From an uncultured Desulfospira sp. (GTDB taxonomy: Bacteria > Desulfobacterota > Desulfobacteria > Desulfobacterales > Desulfobacteraceae): a stretch of DNA of 64,000 bases. A program made the position numbers and the translations under genes. Shown piece by piece: positions 1 to 11,126 of the stretch; the first letter of the stretch is position 1, and each line of letters begins with the position of its first letter. The stretch lies in contig OY760175.1 in NCBI GenBank assembly GCA_963663165.1, forward strand, positions 608,001 through 672,000, read 5' to 3'. The notes beneath the pieces were generated by a model that was given only the letters and a program-made list of their open reading frames with translations, did no database searches and was not told where the DNA came from.

Positions 1-1588
1 CCATGTATTCGCTCATGTCAAACCGCAAGAACTGAATCCCTAAGGCAGCGGACAGCTGTTTGGCCACTTCGGTTTTGCCCACCCCGGTCGGTCCGGTAAA
101 CAAAAAGGAGCCAATGGGGCGATCCGGTGCGGCAAGGCCGGCCCGGGACCGTTTAATGGCCGTTGACAATGTGGTGATGGCATCATCCTGGCCGAAAATA
201 ACATTGGAAAGCTTATCGGGCAGGGACTCGAGATTGGCCCGGTCTGTGGAGGTCACGCTGCTCACCGGCACCTTGGCAATTTTGGCAACGATATGCTCGA
301 TATCCCTGGGATTGACGTTTTTGCGGGTCCCCCCGCCTTTAAGCCGCAGGTAGGCACCGGTTTCATCAATGACATCAATGGCCTTGTCCGGCAGGAACCG
401 GTCATTGATATATTTATCTGAAAGGTAGGCTGCCGCCTCAATGGTCTGATCAGAATATTTGAGCCCGTGGTGTTCTTCATAGTACGGGCGCAGCCCTTTG
501 AGAATGAGCGCGGTTTCTTCCACGCTGGGTTCGGATACCTCTATTTTCTCAAACCGCCGGGAAAAGGCCCGGTCTTTTTCAAAATGGTTTTTATATTCTT
601 CATAGGTGGTGGTCCCGATGCATTTTATGTCCCCGGAGGACAGGGCAGGCTTTAAGATATTGGATGCATCCATGGACCCGGAAGTGGTGGCCCCGGCCCC
701 GACAACCGTGTGAATTTCATCAATGACCAGCAAGGCATTCTCTTTTTGCTCCAGGGCCGTAATGACATCTTTAAGGCGCTGTTCAAAGTCGCCCCGGTAC
801 TTGGTGCCGGCAAGCAAGGCCCCCATATCAAGAGAGAAAAGCTCACAGTCAGCCAAAAGGTCCGGGACCACATGATCGTTTATTTTAAGGGCCAGTCCTT
901 CGGCAATGGCGGTTTTGCCGACCCCGGGGTCCCCGACCAGGATGGGGTTGTTTTTTCTTCTCCGGCAAAGGACCTGCATCATCCGGTCGGTTTCGTTGGC
1001 CCGGCCGATCAGGGGATCAATTCTTTTGTTATTGGCCTTTTCAAGCAGGTCGGTGGTATACAGTTCAAGGGGATCTTTTTTCTTTTGCCGCCGGGCTTTC
1101 CGGTCATCCATCTTAAAGGGTTTTTGTGCCGGATCAGGTTCAAAAACCGCTTTTTTTTCAACCGGTTCCGTATGGGAAATCTGCCGTAACACATCCAAAC
1201 GGGTAATGCCTTCGGATTCAAGATAAAAGGCCGCATGGGAATCTTTTTCCTGGAAGATGGACGCCAGGATATCCCCTAAGTTGACTTCGTTTTTTTCGGC
1301 GGACCGGGCATGGTTAATGGCCCGTTGAATCATTCGCTGAAATCCGATGGTCTGCTGAAGCACATACTCTTCTTTAGAGTCGATTCGAGTCAGTTTTTCG
1401 TCAAAGAATTTTTCTAATTCTTCTTTTATCTGTTCAGGACTTCCCCCGCATCTTTCAATGGTTTGAGAACCTGATTCATGGTTAAGGATCGCATAAAGAA
1501 CATGCTCCACGCAAACGTATTCATGTCTTCTTTTTTTTGCCTCCCGAACGGCAAAGCCTAAAGCAGTGCTGAGTTCTTTGCTAATCAT
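1..1588 (-). CDS. clpA: ATP-dependent Clp protease ATP-binding subunit ClpA (3' part runs off the window)
   Basis: Manual translation from ATG at 1588 gives [24 protein letters not shown]. Walker A GDPGVGKT lies near 915-938 and a second GPTGVGKT near 70-95. Directly downstream of clpS. Missing from the ORF track because it is truncated. Confidence 0.93.
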   Translation of the reverse strand, partial: MISKELSTALGFAVREAKKRRHEYVCVEHVLYAILNHESGSQTIERCGGSPEQIKEELEKFFDEKLTRIDSKEEYVLQQTIGFQRMIQRAINHARSAEKNEVNLGDILASIFQEKDSHAAFYLESEGITRLDVLRQISHTEPVEKKAVFEPDPAQKPFKMDDRKARRQKKKDPLELYTTDLLEKANNKRIDPLIGRANETDRMMQVLCRRRKNNPILVGDPGVGKTAIAEGLALKINDHVVPDLLADCELFSLDMGALLAGTKYRGDFEQRLKDVITALEQKENALLVIDEIHTVVGAGATTSGSMDASNILKPALSSGDIKCIGTTTYEEYKNHFEKDRAFSRRFEKIEVSEPSVEETALILKGLRPYYEEHHGLKYSDQTIEAAAYLSDKYINDRFLPDKAIDVIDETGAYLRLKGGGTRKNVNPRDIEHIVAKIAKVPVSSVTSTDRANLESLPDKLSNVIFGQDDAITTLSTAIKRSRAGLAAPDRPIGSFLFTGPTGVGKTEVAKQLSAALGIQFLRFDMSEYM

Positions 1589-1590
1589 AC

Positions 1591-1899
1591 CTACTCCTTT
1601 TCCATGGTGCTTTTTAAAGGGAACCCTCTGCCTGCGGCCAGTTGGTGGACGGTTTCAACTTTAGTTTCCGCTATTTGTCTTGGATAGATGCCGCAAACGT
1701 CTTTTCCCTTATTATGTACATTAAGCATGATTTGTGTGGCTTTTTCAAGAGATTTTCCAAAAACGCCGGTAAGAATCTCCACCACAAATTCCATGGTTGT
1801 ATAATCGTCATTATGAAGAATAACCTTATACATGGGAGGGGTTTTATCTCTTGTTCTTGGAGAGACAATGGTCCCGGTTCTTGAATCCGGTAATGCCAT
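1591..1899 (-). CDS. clpS: Clp protease adaptor ClpS
   Basis: PPMYKVILHNDDYTTMEFVV and GFPLKSTME motifs. Start placed at ATG 1899 (MALPDS), just after the secA stop. Confidence 0.95.
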   Translation of the reverse strand: MALPDSRTGTIVSPRTRDKTPPMYKVILHNDDYTTMEFVVEILTGVFGKSLEKATQIMLNVHNKGKDVCGIYPRQIAETKVETVHQLAAGRGFPLKSTMEKE

Positions 1900-1900
1900 A

Positions 1901-4438
1901 TTATGCTCCGCTGGTTTTGGCCATACAGCATTTTTTGTATTTTTTGCCGCTGCCGCAGGGGCAGGGATCATTTCTGCCGATCTTTCTGGCCGCATTTTTA
2001 ACCGGCTGCTTAACCGTGCTGCCATCAGAGTGGGAGAATTTAAGGTCCTGCTGTTCTTGTTTTTCCATTTCCCCTACCTGGGCCGGGGTGGTGATCTGGA
2101 TTTTAAATAAAATATCCACCACCTCTTCTTTGATCCGTTCCATGAGATCCTGGAACATATCAAACCCTTCTTTTTTATAAATGCGAAGGGGGTCCTGCTG
2201 GGCGTACCCCCGCAGCCCGATGCCTTCTTTTAAGTGATCCATGGACAGCAGGTGTTCTTTCCACCGGGTATCCACGGTCTGAAGAAGGACAAACCGCTCA
2301 AGCCGTCGGGTTTCTTCCGGTCCGATAAGGGCCATTTTCCGGTTGTACTCTGATTTTGCCCGTTCAAATATGGCTTCAGACAACTGGTCGACAGAGGGAT
2401 TTTCCTGAATAATGGTTTCAATATCCGGTGCAAAACCGAACAGCTTGGATACAGCCTCTTTAAACCCGTCCAGGTTCCATTCTTTAACCGGTGTTTTTTC
2501 CGGGGCAAATTCATCCACTAAACCATAAACCTTGTCTTCCATCATTTCCAGCACCACGGAATGAAGGTCTTGTTCTTCCAGGGCTTTTCTTCGCTGCCGG
2601 TAAATGACCTCCCGCTGCTGGTTCATGACATCATCGTACTCAAGCAAATGCTTTCTGATCTCAAAGTTATGGCCTTCCACCTTGGACTGGGCATTTTCAA
2701 TGGCCCTTGAAATTAAGGGATGCTCAATATGCTCGCCCTGTTCAATGCCGAGTTTGTCCATGACCTTATGGATCCGGTCTCCCCCGAAAATCCGTAACAA
2801 GTCGTCTTCCAGGGACAGGTAGAACCGGGATGAACCGGGATCGCCCTGACGGCCGGACCGGCCCCGCAGCTGGTTGTCGATCCGACGGGATTCATGGCGG
2901 GAGGTGCCCAGGATATGGAGCCCGCCAAGTTCCTTTACCCCTTCACCAAGCTTGATATCGGTGCCCCGGCCGGCCATGTTGGTTGAAATGGTGACCGCAC
3001 CTTTCTGGCCGGCATTGGCCACAATCTCGGCCTCTGCCTTGTGGTGCTTGGCATTGAGGACATTATGGGGAATCCCTCTTTTTTTGAGTTTTTTGCTCAG
3101 GTCTTCGGATACATCAATGGAAATGGTACCCACCAGAACGGGCTGGCCTTTCCGGTGCAGCTGGATGATTTCCTTGATGGCGGCCTCATATTTCTCGGTC
3201 TGGGTTTTGTATATCATGTCGGCCATGTCTTTTCGGATCATGGGCCTGTGGGTAGGGATCACCAGGACATCAAGGTCATATATTTTTTTAAATTCAGGGG
3301 CTTCGGTTTCGGCCGTACCGGTCATGCCGGACAGCTTGTCATACATTCTAAAATAATTTTGAAAGGTGATGGAGGCAAGCGTCTGGTTTTCATTTTCAAT
3401 TTTGACATTTTCTTTGGCTTCCAGGGCCTGGTGAAGCCCTTCACTGTACCGGCGGCCGGTCATCAGCCGTCCGGTAAACTCATCAACAATCACCACCTGG
3501 TCATTTTTAACAATATAATCCGTATCCCGCTTAAACAGGGTGTGGGCTTTAAGGGCCTGGTTAAGGTGGTGAAGAATTTCAATATTGGACGGGTCGTAAA
3601 GATTGTCCACATTGAGCAGTTCTTCTCCTTTGGCAATCCCGTCTTCGGTTAAGGAGACGCTTTTGGCTTCCTCGTCTATGGTGTAGTCAATATCTTTTTT
3701 AAATCCGGGGATAATGGCATTGGTCAGGGTATACAGGTGGGTGGATTTTTCAGCCGGTCCCGAAATAATCAGCGGGGTTCTGGCCTCGTCAATGAGGATG
3801 GAGTCCACCTCATCCACAATGGCAAAGTTTAAATACCGCTGGGCCAGGTTTTCCCTTTGAAACTTCATGTTGTCCCGAAGATAGTCAAACCCGAATTCAT
3901 TGTTGGTTCCGTAGGTAATGTCGGACCCATAGGCAGTTTTACGCTCCTGGTCATCAAGGTCGTGAACAATCACCCCGGTACTCAGCCCGAGAAAGCTGTA
4001 AATCTGCGCCATCCAGTCGGCATCCCGTTTGGCCAGATAATCATTGACCGTTACAATATGGACCCCTTTGCCGGATAAGGCGTTCAAATAAGCGGGGAGG
4101 GTGGACATCAGGGTTTTTCCCTCACCGGTTTTCATTTCAGCGATGGTCCCGTTGTGAAGGGTGATGCCGCCGATGAGCTGGACATCAAAGTGGCGCATGC
4201 CAAGGGTGCGGACCGACGCCTCCCGTACCAGGGCAAAGGCTTCGGGCAACAGGTCATCAAGGGATTCGCCATTGGCGTGACGGGTTTTAAATTCAGTGGT
4301 TTTTTCTCTCATCTGATCATCGGACAAGGCCTGCATGTCCGGTTCTAAACTGTTTATCCGTTCAATGATGGGGGAAAAACTTTTGATGATCCTGTCATTG
4401 CTTGAACCAAATATTTTCGTAAAAAAATTAAGCAGCAT
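1901..4438 (-). CDS. secA: Preprotein translocase ATPase SecA
   Basis: [37 protein letters not shown], and C-terminal zinc site [18 protein letters not shown]. Confidence 0.99.
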   Translation of the reverse strand: MLLNFFTKIFGSSNDRIIKSFSPIIERINSLEPDMQALSDDQMREKTTEFKTRHANGESLDDLLPEAFALVREASVRTLGMRHFDVQLIGGITLHNGTIAEMKTGEGKTLMSTLPAYLNALSGKGVHIVTVNDYLAKRDADWMAQIYSFLGLSTGVIVHDLDDQERKTAYGSDITYGTNNEFGFDYLRDNMKFQRENLAQRYLNFAIVDEVDSILIDEARTPLIISGPAEKSTHLYTLTNAIIPGFKKDIDYTIDEEAKSVSLTEDGIAKGEELLNVDNLYDPSNIEILHHLNQALKAHTLFKRDTDYIVKNDQVVIVDEFTGRLMTGRRYSEGLHQALEAKENVKIENENQTLASITFQNYFRMYDKLSGMTGTAETEAPEFKKIYDLDVLVIPTHRPMIRKDMADMIYKTQTEKYEAAIKEIIQLHRKGQPVLVGTISIDVSEDLSKKLKKRGIPHNVLNAKHHKAEAEIVANAGQKGAVTISTNMAGRGTDIKLGEGVKELGGLHILGTSRHESRRIDNQLRGRSGRQGDPGSSRFYLSLEDDLLRIFGGDRIHKVMDKLGIEQGEHIEHPLISRAIENAQSKVEGHNFEIRKHLLEYDDVMNQQREVIYRQRRKALEEQDLHSVVLEMMEDKVYGLVDEFAPEKTPVKEWNLDGFKEAVSKLFGFAPDIETIIQENPSVDQLSEAIFERAKSEYNRKMALIGPEETRRLERFVLLQTVDTRWKEHLLSMDHLKEGIGLRGYAQQDPLRIYKKEGFDMFQDLMERIKEEVVDILFKIQITTPAQVGEMEKQEQQDLKFSHSDGSTVKQPVKNAARKIGRNDPCPCGSGKKYKKCCMAKTSGA

Positions 4439-4670
4439 AGATTATATTTACCTGACCTTTCTGTTTGTCACGGGGCGGTTTATTGTGATTTAGCGGTTTG
4501 AACCGGGTCGTTTTGATTTTTTCATGTTGAAAACTTATAAGCATTAATTTGAAAAATAAAAACAAAAAATTTTAAAATTAACCAAAACCAAGCTTTAAAA
4601 AGGGGGCTTGCCCTTATGTCGGCCGGCAAACGGGATACGGCCAAAACAACGGCAAAAAAAGGAAGGCGGT

Positions 4671-4739
4671 TTATATGAAAGTCTCACTATTTGTTGTGGG
4701 CGGTTCTTGGCTGGATAACCAGGGCGGCCCGTGGCCGTT
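4671..4739. repeat. Copy A (internally deleted) of the dispersed ~92-bp two-hairpin repeat
   Basis: TTATATGAAAGTCTCACTA joined to TTGTTGTGGGCGGTTCTTGGCTGGATAACCAGGGCGGCCCGTGGCCGTT. Matches 22150-22241 and abuts the M23 gene stop codon. Confidence 0.9.
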
Positions 4740-5664
4740 AGTTCAGAATATATTTTAACGGGTTTAACGGAATACCATTGGAAACAACTTCATAGTGGAC
4801 ATGGGGTCCGGTGCTTTTACCGCTGTTTCCAAGAAGTGCAATCACGTCTCCGCGTTTAACCTTCTGGCCCTTGGTGACCAGAATTTTGCTTAAATGGCCG
4901 TATTTGGTTGCTTTGCCGTAGCCGTGGTCAATCACGACCAGGTTTCCGAAATGCATTTTCCGGGCCGCATAGGATACGGTGCCATTGGCCGTGGCAATTA
5001 CTTTTGTACCGATCTTATTGGCGATGTCAAGCCCTGAATGAAAGGTTTGTTTCCCGGTAAAAGGAGACGTGCGATACCCGAATTTTGAGGTGATACATCC
5101 TTTTACGGGCCAGATGGACGGGATGGAGGCCAGCATGTTTTTCTTTTGCTCCAGCTGTTCAATCAGGGCGTTAAAATCAGTTTTTTCTGATTTTACGAGA
5201 GCTTGGGTCTGGTTCACCTGGCTGTGCATTTCCCGTATCAAGCGGTTGTGTCTGGAATCCAGAGGAAGGTCCGGGTCCAGTTCGCTCATGGGAATGCCGC
5301 CAATACCAATAAACCCGCTTTGATCCCCGGTTTTTTTGATATCGGCAATGAGCCTTACCTTTTCACCGAGATCCGTAAGGGCAATGACATTATTTTTTAA
5401 TATTTCAAGGTCAGCGGCAAACTTCTGGATTTGTTTGCGCTGATCTTGGATCAATTGGCTCTTTTTTACCAGTTTGTCCCTAAGCCCGGCATTATCGTAA
5501 AAGGTATGTTTTAATTGAAAATAATCATAGGATATCCATGAAAAGCCACAGATACTGCATAAGAAAATAAGCCCCATAAACCATAGCAGAGACTTGGGAA
5601 GTAAGAATTCTCTGATATCGGAGTTGGGGCCGGTATGATACCATACTTTGATCTGTTTTTTCAT
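4738..5664 (-). CDS. M23 family peptidoglycan endopeptidase (N-terminal TM segment plus coiled coil)
   Basis: HSGLD and GKSTGPHVHYEV zinc motifs. Confidence 0.92.
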   Translation of the reverse strand: MKKQIKVWYHTGPNSDIREFLLPKSLLWFMGLIFLCSICGFSWISYDYFQLKHTFYDNAGLRDKLVKKSQLIQDQRKQIQKFAADLEILKNNVIALTDLGEKVRLIADIKKTGDQSGFIGIGGIPMSELDPDLPLDSRHNRLIREMHSQVNQTQALVKSEKTDFNALIEQLEQKKNMLASIPSIWPVKGCITSKFGYRTSPFTGKQTFHSGLDIANKIGTKVIATANGTVSYAARKMHFGNLVVIDHGYGKATKYGHLSKILVTKGQKVKRGDVIALLGNSGKSTGPHVHYEVVSNGIPLNPLKYILN

Positions 5665-5699
5665 AGAGTCCCTCTTAATCAGGATATGGGTTATGTTCG

Positions 5700-6473
5700 T
5701 TAATGAAGAATCTGGCTCAAGAAGAGCCGGGTTCGTTCGTTTTTTTGATTATTAAAAAATTCTTCGGGTTCATTGGCTTCGATAATTTCACCGGAATCCA
5801 TGAACAGTACCCGGTGGGCAACGCTTTTTGCAAACCCCATTTCATGGGTGACCACCAGCATGGTCATTCCTTCCCGGGCCAGGCTGATCATGACCTCAAG
5901 CACCTCTTTGACCATTTCAGGGTCAAGGGCTGAGGTAGGCTCATCAAACAGCATGATATTGGGTTTCATGCAAAGGCTTCGGGCAATGGCCACCCGCTGC
6001 TGCTGTCCGCCGGACAACTGCCCGGGAAATTTTTGAGCCTGCTCGGCAATCTGGACTTTTTCAAGGTAGTACATGGCCGTTTCCTCGGCCTCTTTTTTGG
6101 GAACTTTTCGAACCCATATGGGCCCTAAGGTCAGGTTTTCCACAATGGTCAGGTGGGGAAACAGATTGAAATGCTGGAACACCATCCCCACTTCTGATCT
6201 GACCTTTTCAATGTTTTTCAGGTCTTTGGTCAGTTCAATGCCGTCTACGATGATTTTGCCTTTCTGGTGTTCTTCAAGCCGGTTGATGCAGCGGATAAGG
6301 GTGGACTTCCCGGACCCTGAGGGGCCGCAGACCACGATGCGCTCCCCTTTTTTGACCTCAAGGTTGATATTGTTAAGGACATGAAAGTCCCCGTACCACT
6401 TGTGCATTTCAATGATGGTGATAATGGTGTCCCGGCTGGACAAATCTGAATAGCTTAAATTTTCCTGGTTCAT
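5700..6473 (-). CDS. aapP: Amino-acid ABC transporter ATP-binding protein (AapP/GlnQ-like)
   Basis: [21 protein letters not shown] and FDEPTSALD motifs; last gene of the operon. Confidence 0.9.
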   Translation of the reverse strand: MNQENLSYSDLSSRDTIITIIEMHKWYGDFHVLNNINLEVKKGERIVVCGPSGSGKSTLIRCINRLEEHQKGKIIVDGIELTKDLKNIEKVRSEVGMVFQHFNLFPHLTIVENLTLGPIWVRKVPKKEAEETAMYYLEKVQIAEQAQKFPGQLSGGQQQRVAIARSLCMKPNIMLFDEPTSALDPEMVKEVLEVMISLAREGMTMLVVTHEMGFAKSVAHRVLFMDSGEIIEANEPEEFFNNQKNERTRLFLSQILH

Positions 6474-6507
6474 AAATGATCACATAAAATTTAAAATTTG
6501 GTTCATG

Positions 6508-7590
6508 TTACAATCCCGTGTCCAGTTCTCTTTCAAGCCGCCGGCTGTAGTTGGACATAAAAAAGCAGCACAGAAAATAAATAATGGCTATAAAAATATA
6601 GGCTTCGGCTGAAAATCCCATCCACCGGGGTTCGGACAATGTGGTCTGGGTGGTTTTGAGCAAATCATACAATCCAATAATCACCACAAGGGAGGTATCT
6701 TTAAAGGCGGAAATGAGGACGCTGACCGAAGGCGGGATAACAATTTTTAACGCCTGGGGCAGGATGATCAGCCGCATGGTCTGGGAATAGTTCAGCCCAA
6801 TGGAATCGGCCGCCTCAAATTGTCCCTTGTTCATTCCCTGAAGACCGCCCCGGACCACTTCGGCAATATAGGCGGCCGTAAAAATGATGATGGCAATCTG
6901 GGCCCTTAAAATACCGTTGATGGTCATGCCTTCGGGTAAAAACAAGGGAAAAACCACCGATGACATGAACAGCAGGCTGATCAGGGGAACCCCCCGGATC
7001 AGTTCAATGTAAACCACACAAAAGCTTTTGATGGCCGGCATTTTGGACTGCCGGCCAAGGGCAAGAATGATGCCCAGAGGATAGGCGGCAGTCAGACCGA
7101 ACACCGACAAGAGCAAGGTCAGAATAAGCCCGCCCCACTTTTCAATTTCAACATGCTCAAGCCCGAGGATACCGCCGGACAGCAGGGTTCCCATGATGAT
7201 CAGTGATACCAGCCAGGTATATCCGAGCCAGGGTTTCCAGTACTGCCGGTTCCGGCTGATAAACAGCAGGATGAACAAAAGAATAATGGCGGTTATCGGC
7301 CGCCAGAGAATGTTCTGGGGATAGAACCCGAATAACATAATTTTATAATTGCAGGTGATCACAGACCAGCAGGCCCCTTTGGCCTCCCGGCAATTGGCAT
7401 CGGGGCTCCAGCAGGCGTCAATGAACGCCCATTGAACAAACGGGATCAGCGAATACCAGAAAACCGCCAGAATAATAAGGGTCAGCATGGCGTTCAGGGG
7501 GCTGCTGAACAGATTCTCCCTGATCCATCCAATAATACCGGTGTTGGCCACCGGTGGTTTGATGTTCTGTTTGTTGGTATCAGCTTCCAT
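6508..7590 (-). CDS. aapM: Amino-acid ABC transporter permease (AapM-like)
   Basis: Multi-TM protein with ELIRGVPL and EAA loop (GQFEAADSIGL). Confidence 0.85.
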   Translation of the reverse strand: MEADTNKQNIKPPVANTGIIGWIRENLFSSPLNAMLTLIILAVFWYSLIPFVQWAFIDACWSPDANCREAKGACWSVITCNYKIMLFGFYPQNILWRPITAIILLFILLFISRNRQYWKPWLGYTWLVSLIIMGTLLSGGILGLEHVEIEKWGGLILTLLLSVFGLTAAYPLGIILALGRQSKMPAIKSFCVVYIELIRGVPLISLLFMSSVVFPLFLPEGMTINGILRAQIAIIIFTAAYIAEVVRGGLQGMNKGQFEAADSIGLNYSQTMRLIILPQALKIVIPPSVSVLISAFKDTSLVVIIGLYDLLKTTQTTLSEPRWMGFSAEAYIFIAIIYFLCCFFMSNYSRRLERELDTGL

Positions 7591-7609
7591 AAGATCTTAA
7601 AATCAAATA

Positions 7610-8800
7610 TTATCTTTCGACTAAAGCCATTTTTTTATTGTACCAGTTCATAAATGCCGAGGTGGACAGGCTGAAGACAAGGTAGACCAGCATGATCAGC
7701 AAAACCCCTTCAATGGCCTGGCCGGTCTGGTTAATGGCGGTTCCGGCAACCGAAACAAAATCAGGGAATCCGATCCCCACCGCAAGGGATGAGTTCTTGG
7801 TCAAATTGAGCATCTGACTGGTTAAGGGCGGAATAATGACCCGCAACGCCTGGGGAAGAATGACCAGATTCAGCACCTGTCCCGGTTTGAGCCCGATGGC
7901 CATGGCGGCTTCGGTCTGACCTTTGGACACCGATTGAATCCCGGCCCTGACCACCTCTGCCACAAATGCTGCCGTATATAAAACCAGCCCGAGAAGCAGT
8001 GCTGAAAACTCAGGGCTGATGGCCAGCCCGCCTTTAAAGTTAAATCCCTTGAGTTCAGGGATATCCATGGCCGTTGGGGTACCGGCCAAAAACCAGCAGA
8101 TCAGGGGAAGCCCGATGGCCATGGCAAGGGAGGACCAGAATACGGGAAATGTCTTTCCTGTAGTATTTTGCCGTTTCCGGGCCCAATTTTTAAGGGGAAA
8201 TATCAGAATACAGGCCGCTACAAAGGCCAGGCCCATATAAAGGTGTGCCGGATGCCCCTGAGGGACGGCAAAAATAAGGCCCCGGTTACACAGGAACAAA
8301 CCGGTAAACGGGCTTAAGGCCTGTTTTGGAGACGGCAGTATTTCATAAAAAAAGGCATACCAGAAAAAAAGCTGGAGCAGAACCGGGATATCCTGGAACA
8401 CCTCAATATAAACTGCAGCACACCGGTTGATCAGCCAGTTTTTGGATAACCGGGCAATGCCGATAAAGGTGCCCAGAACAACAGACAGCACTATCCCGAT
8501 AAACGAGACCAGCAGGGTATTTAAAAATCCGACAAAAAGGGCCCTGGCATAGGTGTCGGCCGCTGAATATTCGATGAGGGATTCCCCGATTTCAAAGGCG
8601 GCCTCATGCTGTAAAAAGCCGAACCCGGTGGCAATGGACTGTCTTTCAAGGTTGGTCATGGTATTGGAAACCAGGTACCAGGCCACCAGGGCAAATAAAA
8701 GAACCGTGCCCACCTGATAAGTTAAGGACCGTTTATCCGGGTCGTGCCAAAAGGATATTTTTTCTGAGCTGTTTTGGGTCGTCACAGAGTCCATTACCAT
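7610..8800 (-). CDS. aapQ: Amino-acid ABC transporter permease (AapQ-like)
   Basis: Multi-TM protein with GQTEAAMAIGL and NLTKNSSLA. Confidence 0.85.
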   Translation of the reverse strand: MVMDSVTTQNSSEKISFWHDPDKRSLTYQVGTVLLFALVAWYLVSNTMTNLERQSIATGFGFLQHEAAFEIGESLIEYSAADTYARALFVGFLNTLLVSFIGIVLSVVLGTFIGIARLSKNWLINRCAAVYIEVFQDIPVLLQLFFWYAFFYEILPSPKQALSPFTGLFLCNRGLIFAVPQGHPAHLYMGLAFVAACILIFPLKNWARKRQNTTGKTFPVFWSSLAMAIGLPLICWFLAGTPTAMDIPELKGFNFKGGLAISPEFSALLLGLVLYTAAFVAEVVRAGIQSVSKGQTEAAMAIGLKPGQVLNLVILPQALRVIIPPLTSQMLNLTKNSSLAVGIGFPDFVSVAGTAINQTGQAIEGVLLIMLVYLVFSLSTSAFMNWYNKKMALVER

Positions 8801-8863
8801 TTTTTATTTACTGCCGGAACGAAAACCCGTGTTTGGGCGGCTCGCAGAGGAGATTTATCTCAC

Positions 8864-8965
8864 AAAGTTGCCCAGATGCAAGGCGCATAAAAATTTGCAA
8901 CCGGAGCAACCATAGGGGTTGTGAGAATTGCAAATTTTTATGCAACGCAGCAGATGGGTGACTTT
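8864..8965. repeat. ~100-bp imperfect palindrome (REP/MITE-like) between aapJ and aapQ
   Basis: Perfect 16-bp inverted repeat GCATAAAAATTTGCAA (8885-8900) / TTGCAAATTTTTATGC (8928-8943), extended by outer arms AAAGTTGCCCA / TGGGTGACTTT. Confidence 0.85.
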
Positions 8966-8976
8966 TCGTTCAACCA

Positions 8977-9990
8977 CTATTTAAATGGGGGGGAGTACAT
9001 CAGCCCGCCGTTGGTCCAAAGGGCATTTAATCCCCTTTCAATGCCAAGCTGGGTGTTGACCCCTACGTTTCTTTCGAAAACTTCACCGTAGTTGCCCACC
9101 AGTTTAACGATGTTGTAGGCAAACTTTTCATCCAGTCCCAGTGCCTTACCGTTTCCAGGGGTCTCCCCGAGGAACCGTTTGATTTTGGGATTTTCATTTT
9201 TGAGCATTTCATCAACATTTTTAGATGTAATGCCAAGCTCTTCGGCGTTGATCAGGGCCAGAACAGCATAATTAACAATATCTTTCCACTGGTTGTCCCC
9301 GTGTCTTACCGCAGGGGCCAGAGGTTCTTTTGAGATGATTTGAGGCAAAATGATATAGTCGTCGGGGTTGGGGGCCACAGCCCTTGTCCCGGCCAGCTGG
9401 GAGGCATCAGAGGTCAGGCAGTCGCACCTGCCGGCAAAAAAGGCCTTGGCAAGCTCTGCGGTATTTTCAATCACAACCGGTTTCATCTCCATCCCGTTGC
9501 TCCTGAAATAGTCGGCCACGTTGAGCTCAGTGGTGGTTCCCGGAAGAACGCACACGGTGGCACCGTCCAGTTCCTTGGCATTGCTGACGCCCAGTTTTTT
9601 GGGAATCAGAAATCCCTGACCGTCGTAGTAGTTGACCTGGACAAAATCAAGGCCTAAGGCCGTGTCCCGGCTTAATGTCTGGGTGCAGTTTCTGAAAAGC
9701 ACATCAATCTCACCGGACTGAAGGGCGGTGAACCGGGTTTTGGCGGTAAGGGGAACAAATTTGATTTTATCAGGACTTCCGAACACGGCGGCGGAAACGG
9801 CTCTGGCGCAATCCACATCAAGCCCTCTCCAAACCCCTTTATCATCCGCTTTACCAAACCCGAACAGGTCTCCGTTGACGCCGGCCTGGATGTACCCTTT
9901 GGCCTTAACGTCCTCTAGGGTGCCTGCAAAGGCAGTGGCTGACACGCAGCAAACGGCCAGACAGACGGTCAAAATTTTAAACAGTTTCAT
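8977..9990 (-). CDS. aapJ: Amino-acid ABC transporter substrate-binding protein (AapJ/BztA-like)
   Basis: Signal peptide, RFTALQSGEIDVL, ISKEPLAPAVRHGD and RGLNALWTNGGLMYSPPF. RBS AAGGGAG precedes ATG 9990. Confidence 0.9.
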   Translation of the reverse strand: MKLFKILTVCLAVCCVSATAFAGTLEDVKAKGYIQAGVNGDLFGFGKADDKGVWRGLDVDCARAVSAAVFGSPDKIKFVPLTAKTRFTALQSGEIDVLFRNCTQTLSRDTALGLDFVQVNYYDGQGFLIPKKLGVSNAKELDGATVCVLPGTTTELNVADYFRSNGMEMKPVVIENTAELAKAFFAGRCDCLTSDASQLAGTRAVAPNPDDYIILPQIISKEPLAPAVRHGDNQWKDIVNYAVLALINAEELGITSKNVDEMLKNENPKIKRFLGETPGNGKALGLDEKFAYNIVKLVGNYGEVFERNVGVNTQLGIERGLNALWTNGGLMYSPPFK

Positions 9991-10177
9991 AGACAACTCC
10001 CTTTTTTAAAGTTTTCTTAAAATTGTTTTTTATACTTATGGCGATTGGACTTATCGCCAAACCTGAACAGGGTACCAAAACCTTTGTCAGTATTAGCATA
10101 CCAGGATAATTAATCAAGGACTTTCTTGAAGATTTAACTACTTATATTAAAAATTTTGTAAAACTTTTATCAACGGA

Positions 10178-10876
10178 TTGAATATAATGACGTTAAAAGG
10201 TATGAATCAATTCATGTGTACCTGTGATAAAATTTTCAGAGAACCGGTCAATACTATTACTCATATTGCCGGTGCATTGGGGTCCATTGTGGCCCTGACC
10301 CTCATGGTGGTCTTTGCCGCCATCCGGGCCGATGCCTGGTATATTGTTTCCTTTGCCGTGTTTGGCACCACCTTGATGCTCATGTATACCGCAAGTTCGC
10401 TTTATCACGGGCTGCGAATTTCCAAGAAAACCCTGAACCTGTTCCGCCGGATTGACCATATCATGATATTTATGGTGATTGCCGGATCTTACACCCCCAT
10501 ATGTCTTGTCCCGTTAAGGGGGCCCTGGGGATGGAGTTTGTTTGGAACGGTTTGGGGACTGGCCCTTGCCGGTGTATTAATCAAGCTTTTTTTTATGAAC
10601 CTGCCGCGATGGGTGTCCACCCTTATTTACCTGATCATGGGATGGCTGTGTGTGGTTGCGGTTTACCCCATTGTCAAAAGCCTTTGTCCATTAGAGCTGT
10701 TCTGGCTCGCCTTGGGCGGAGTGTTTTACTCCTGCGGCGCCGTGGTTTATGTCCTTAAAAAACCGAATTTTTTCAAAGGCCTTATCGGTTTTCATGAAAT
10801 CTGGCACGTCTTTGTTCTGGCGGGCAGCACCTGCCATGTGCTGCTGATGTTTGCCTGCCTGAGCGAATTTAATTAA
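10178..10876 (+). CDS. Hemolysin III / PAQR family membrane protein (TrhA-like); exact start uncertain
   Basis: EPVNTITH, SSLYH, RRIDHIMIF, AGSYTP and FHEIWHVFV motifs. Confidence 0.9.
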   Translation: MNIMTLKGMNQFMCTCDKIFREPVNTITHIAGALGSIVALTLMVVFAAIRADAWYIVSFAVFGTTLMLMYTASSLYHGLRISKKTLNLFRRIDHIMIFMVIAGSYTPICLVPLRGPWGWSLFGTVWGLALAGVLIKLFFMNLPRWVSTLIYLIMGWLCVVAVYPIVKSLCPLELFWLALGGVFYSCGAVVYVLKKPNFFKGLIGFHEIWHVFVLAGSTCHVLLMFACLSEFN

Positions 10877-10880
10877 TGTA

Positions 10881-11008
10881 GGGAGACCGGAGGAAAGCAG
10901 ACCGCAGACCGGAATGCGAAACCCCTAAGGATGCGCGATCCGGTCTCCCGTTTCCCGACTGACGGTTTCCCTCTTTTCGGTCTCCCGTTTCCGGCCTGAC
11001 GGTTTCCC
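10881..11008. repeat. Heptamer-period (GACCGNA / GTYTCCC) hairpin element with an internal 31-bp direct repeat
   Basis: GGGAGACCGGA (10881-10891) / TCCGGTCTCCC (10939-10949) inverted repeat; near-identical 31-mers at 10941-10971 and 10978-11008. Confidence 0.8.
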
Positions 11009-11126
11009 CCTTTCCGCGCATCAGTTGTTTTCAATCCCAAGAAGATGATACAAAAATAATGTCGTATTTTGATTTTAGAATATTATATTTGGGTACTGGA
11101 CAATTTTTAAGCCTTCAGGAGACCGT

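Noticed and set aside
60..1236. ORF-track calls in the first 1.2 kb and the many short ORFs overlapping long genes throughout the window
   Set aside because: They are shadow frames of clpA and other confidently identified genes.
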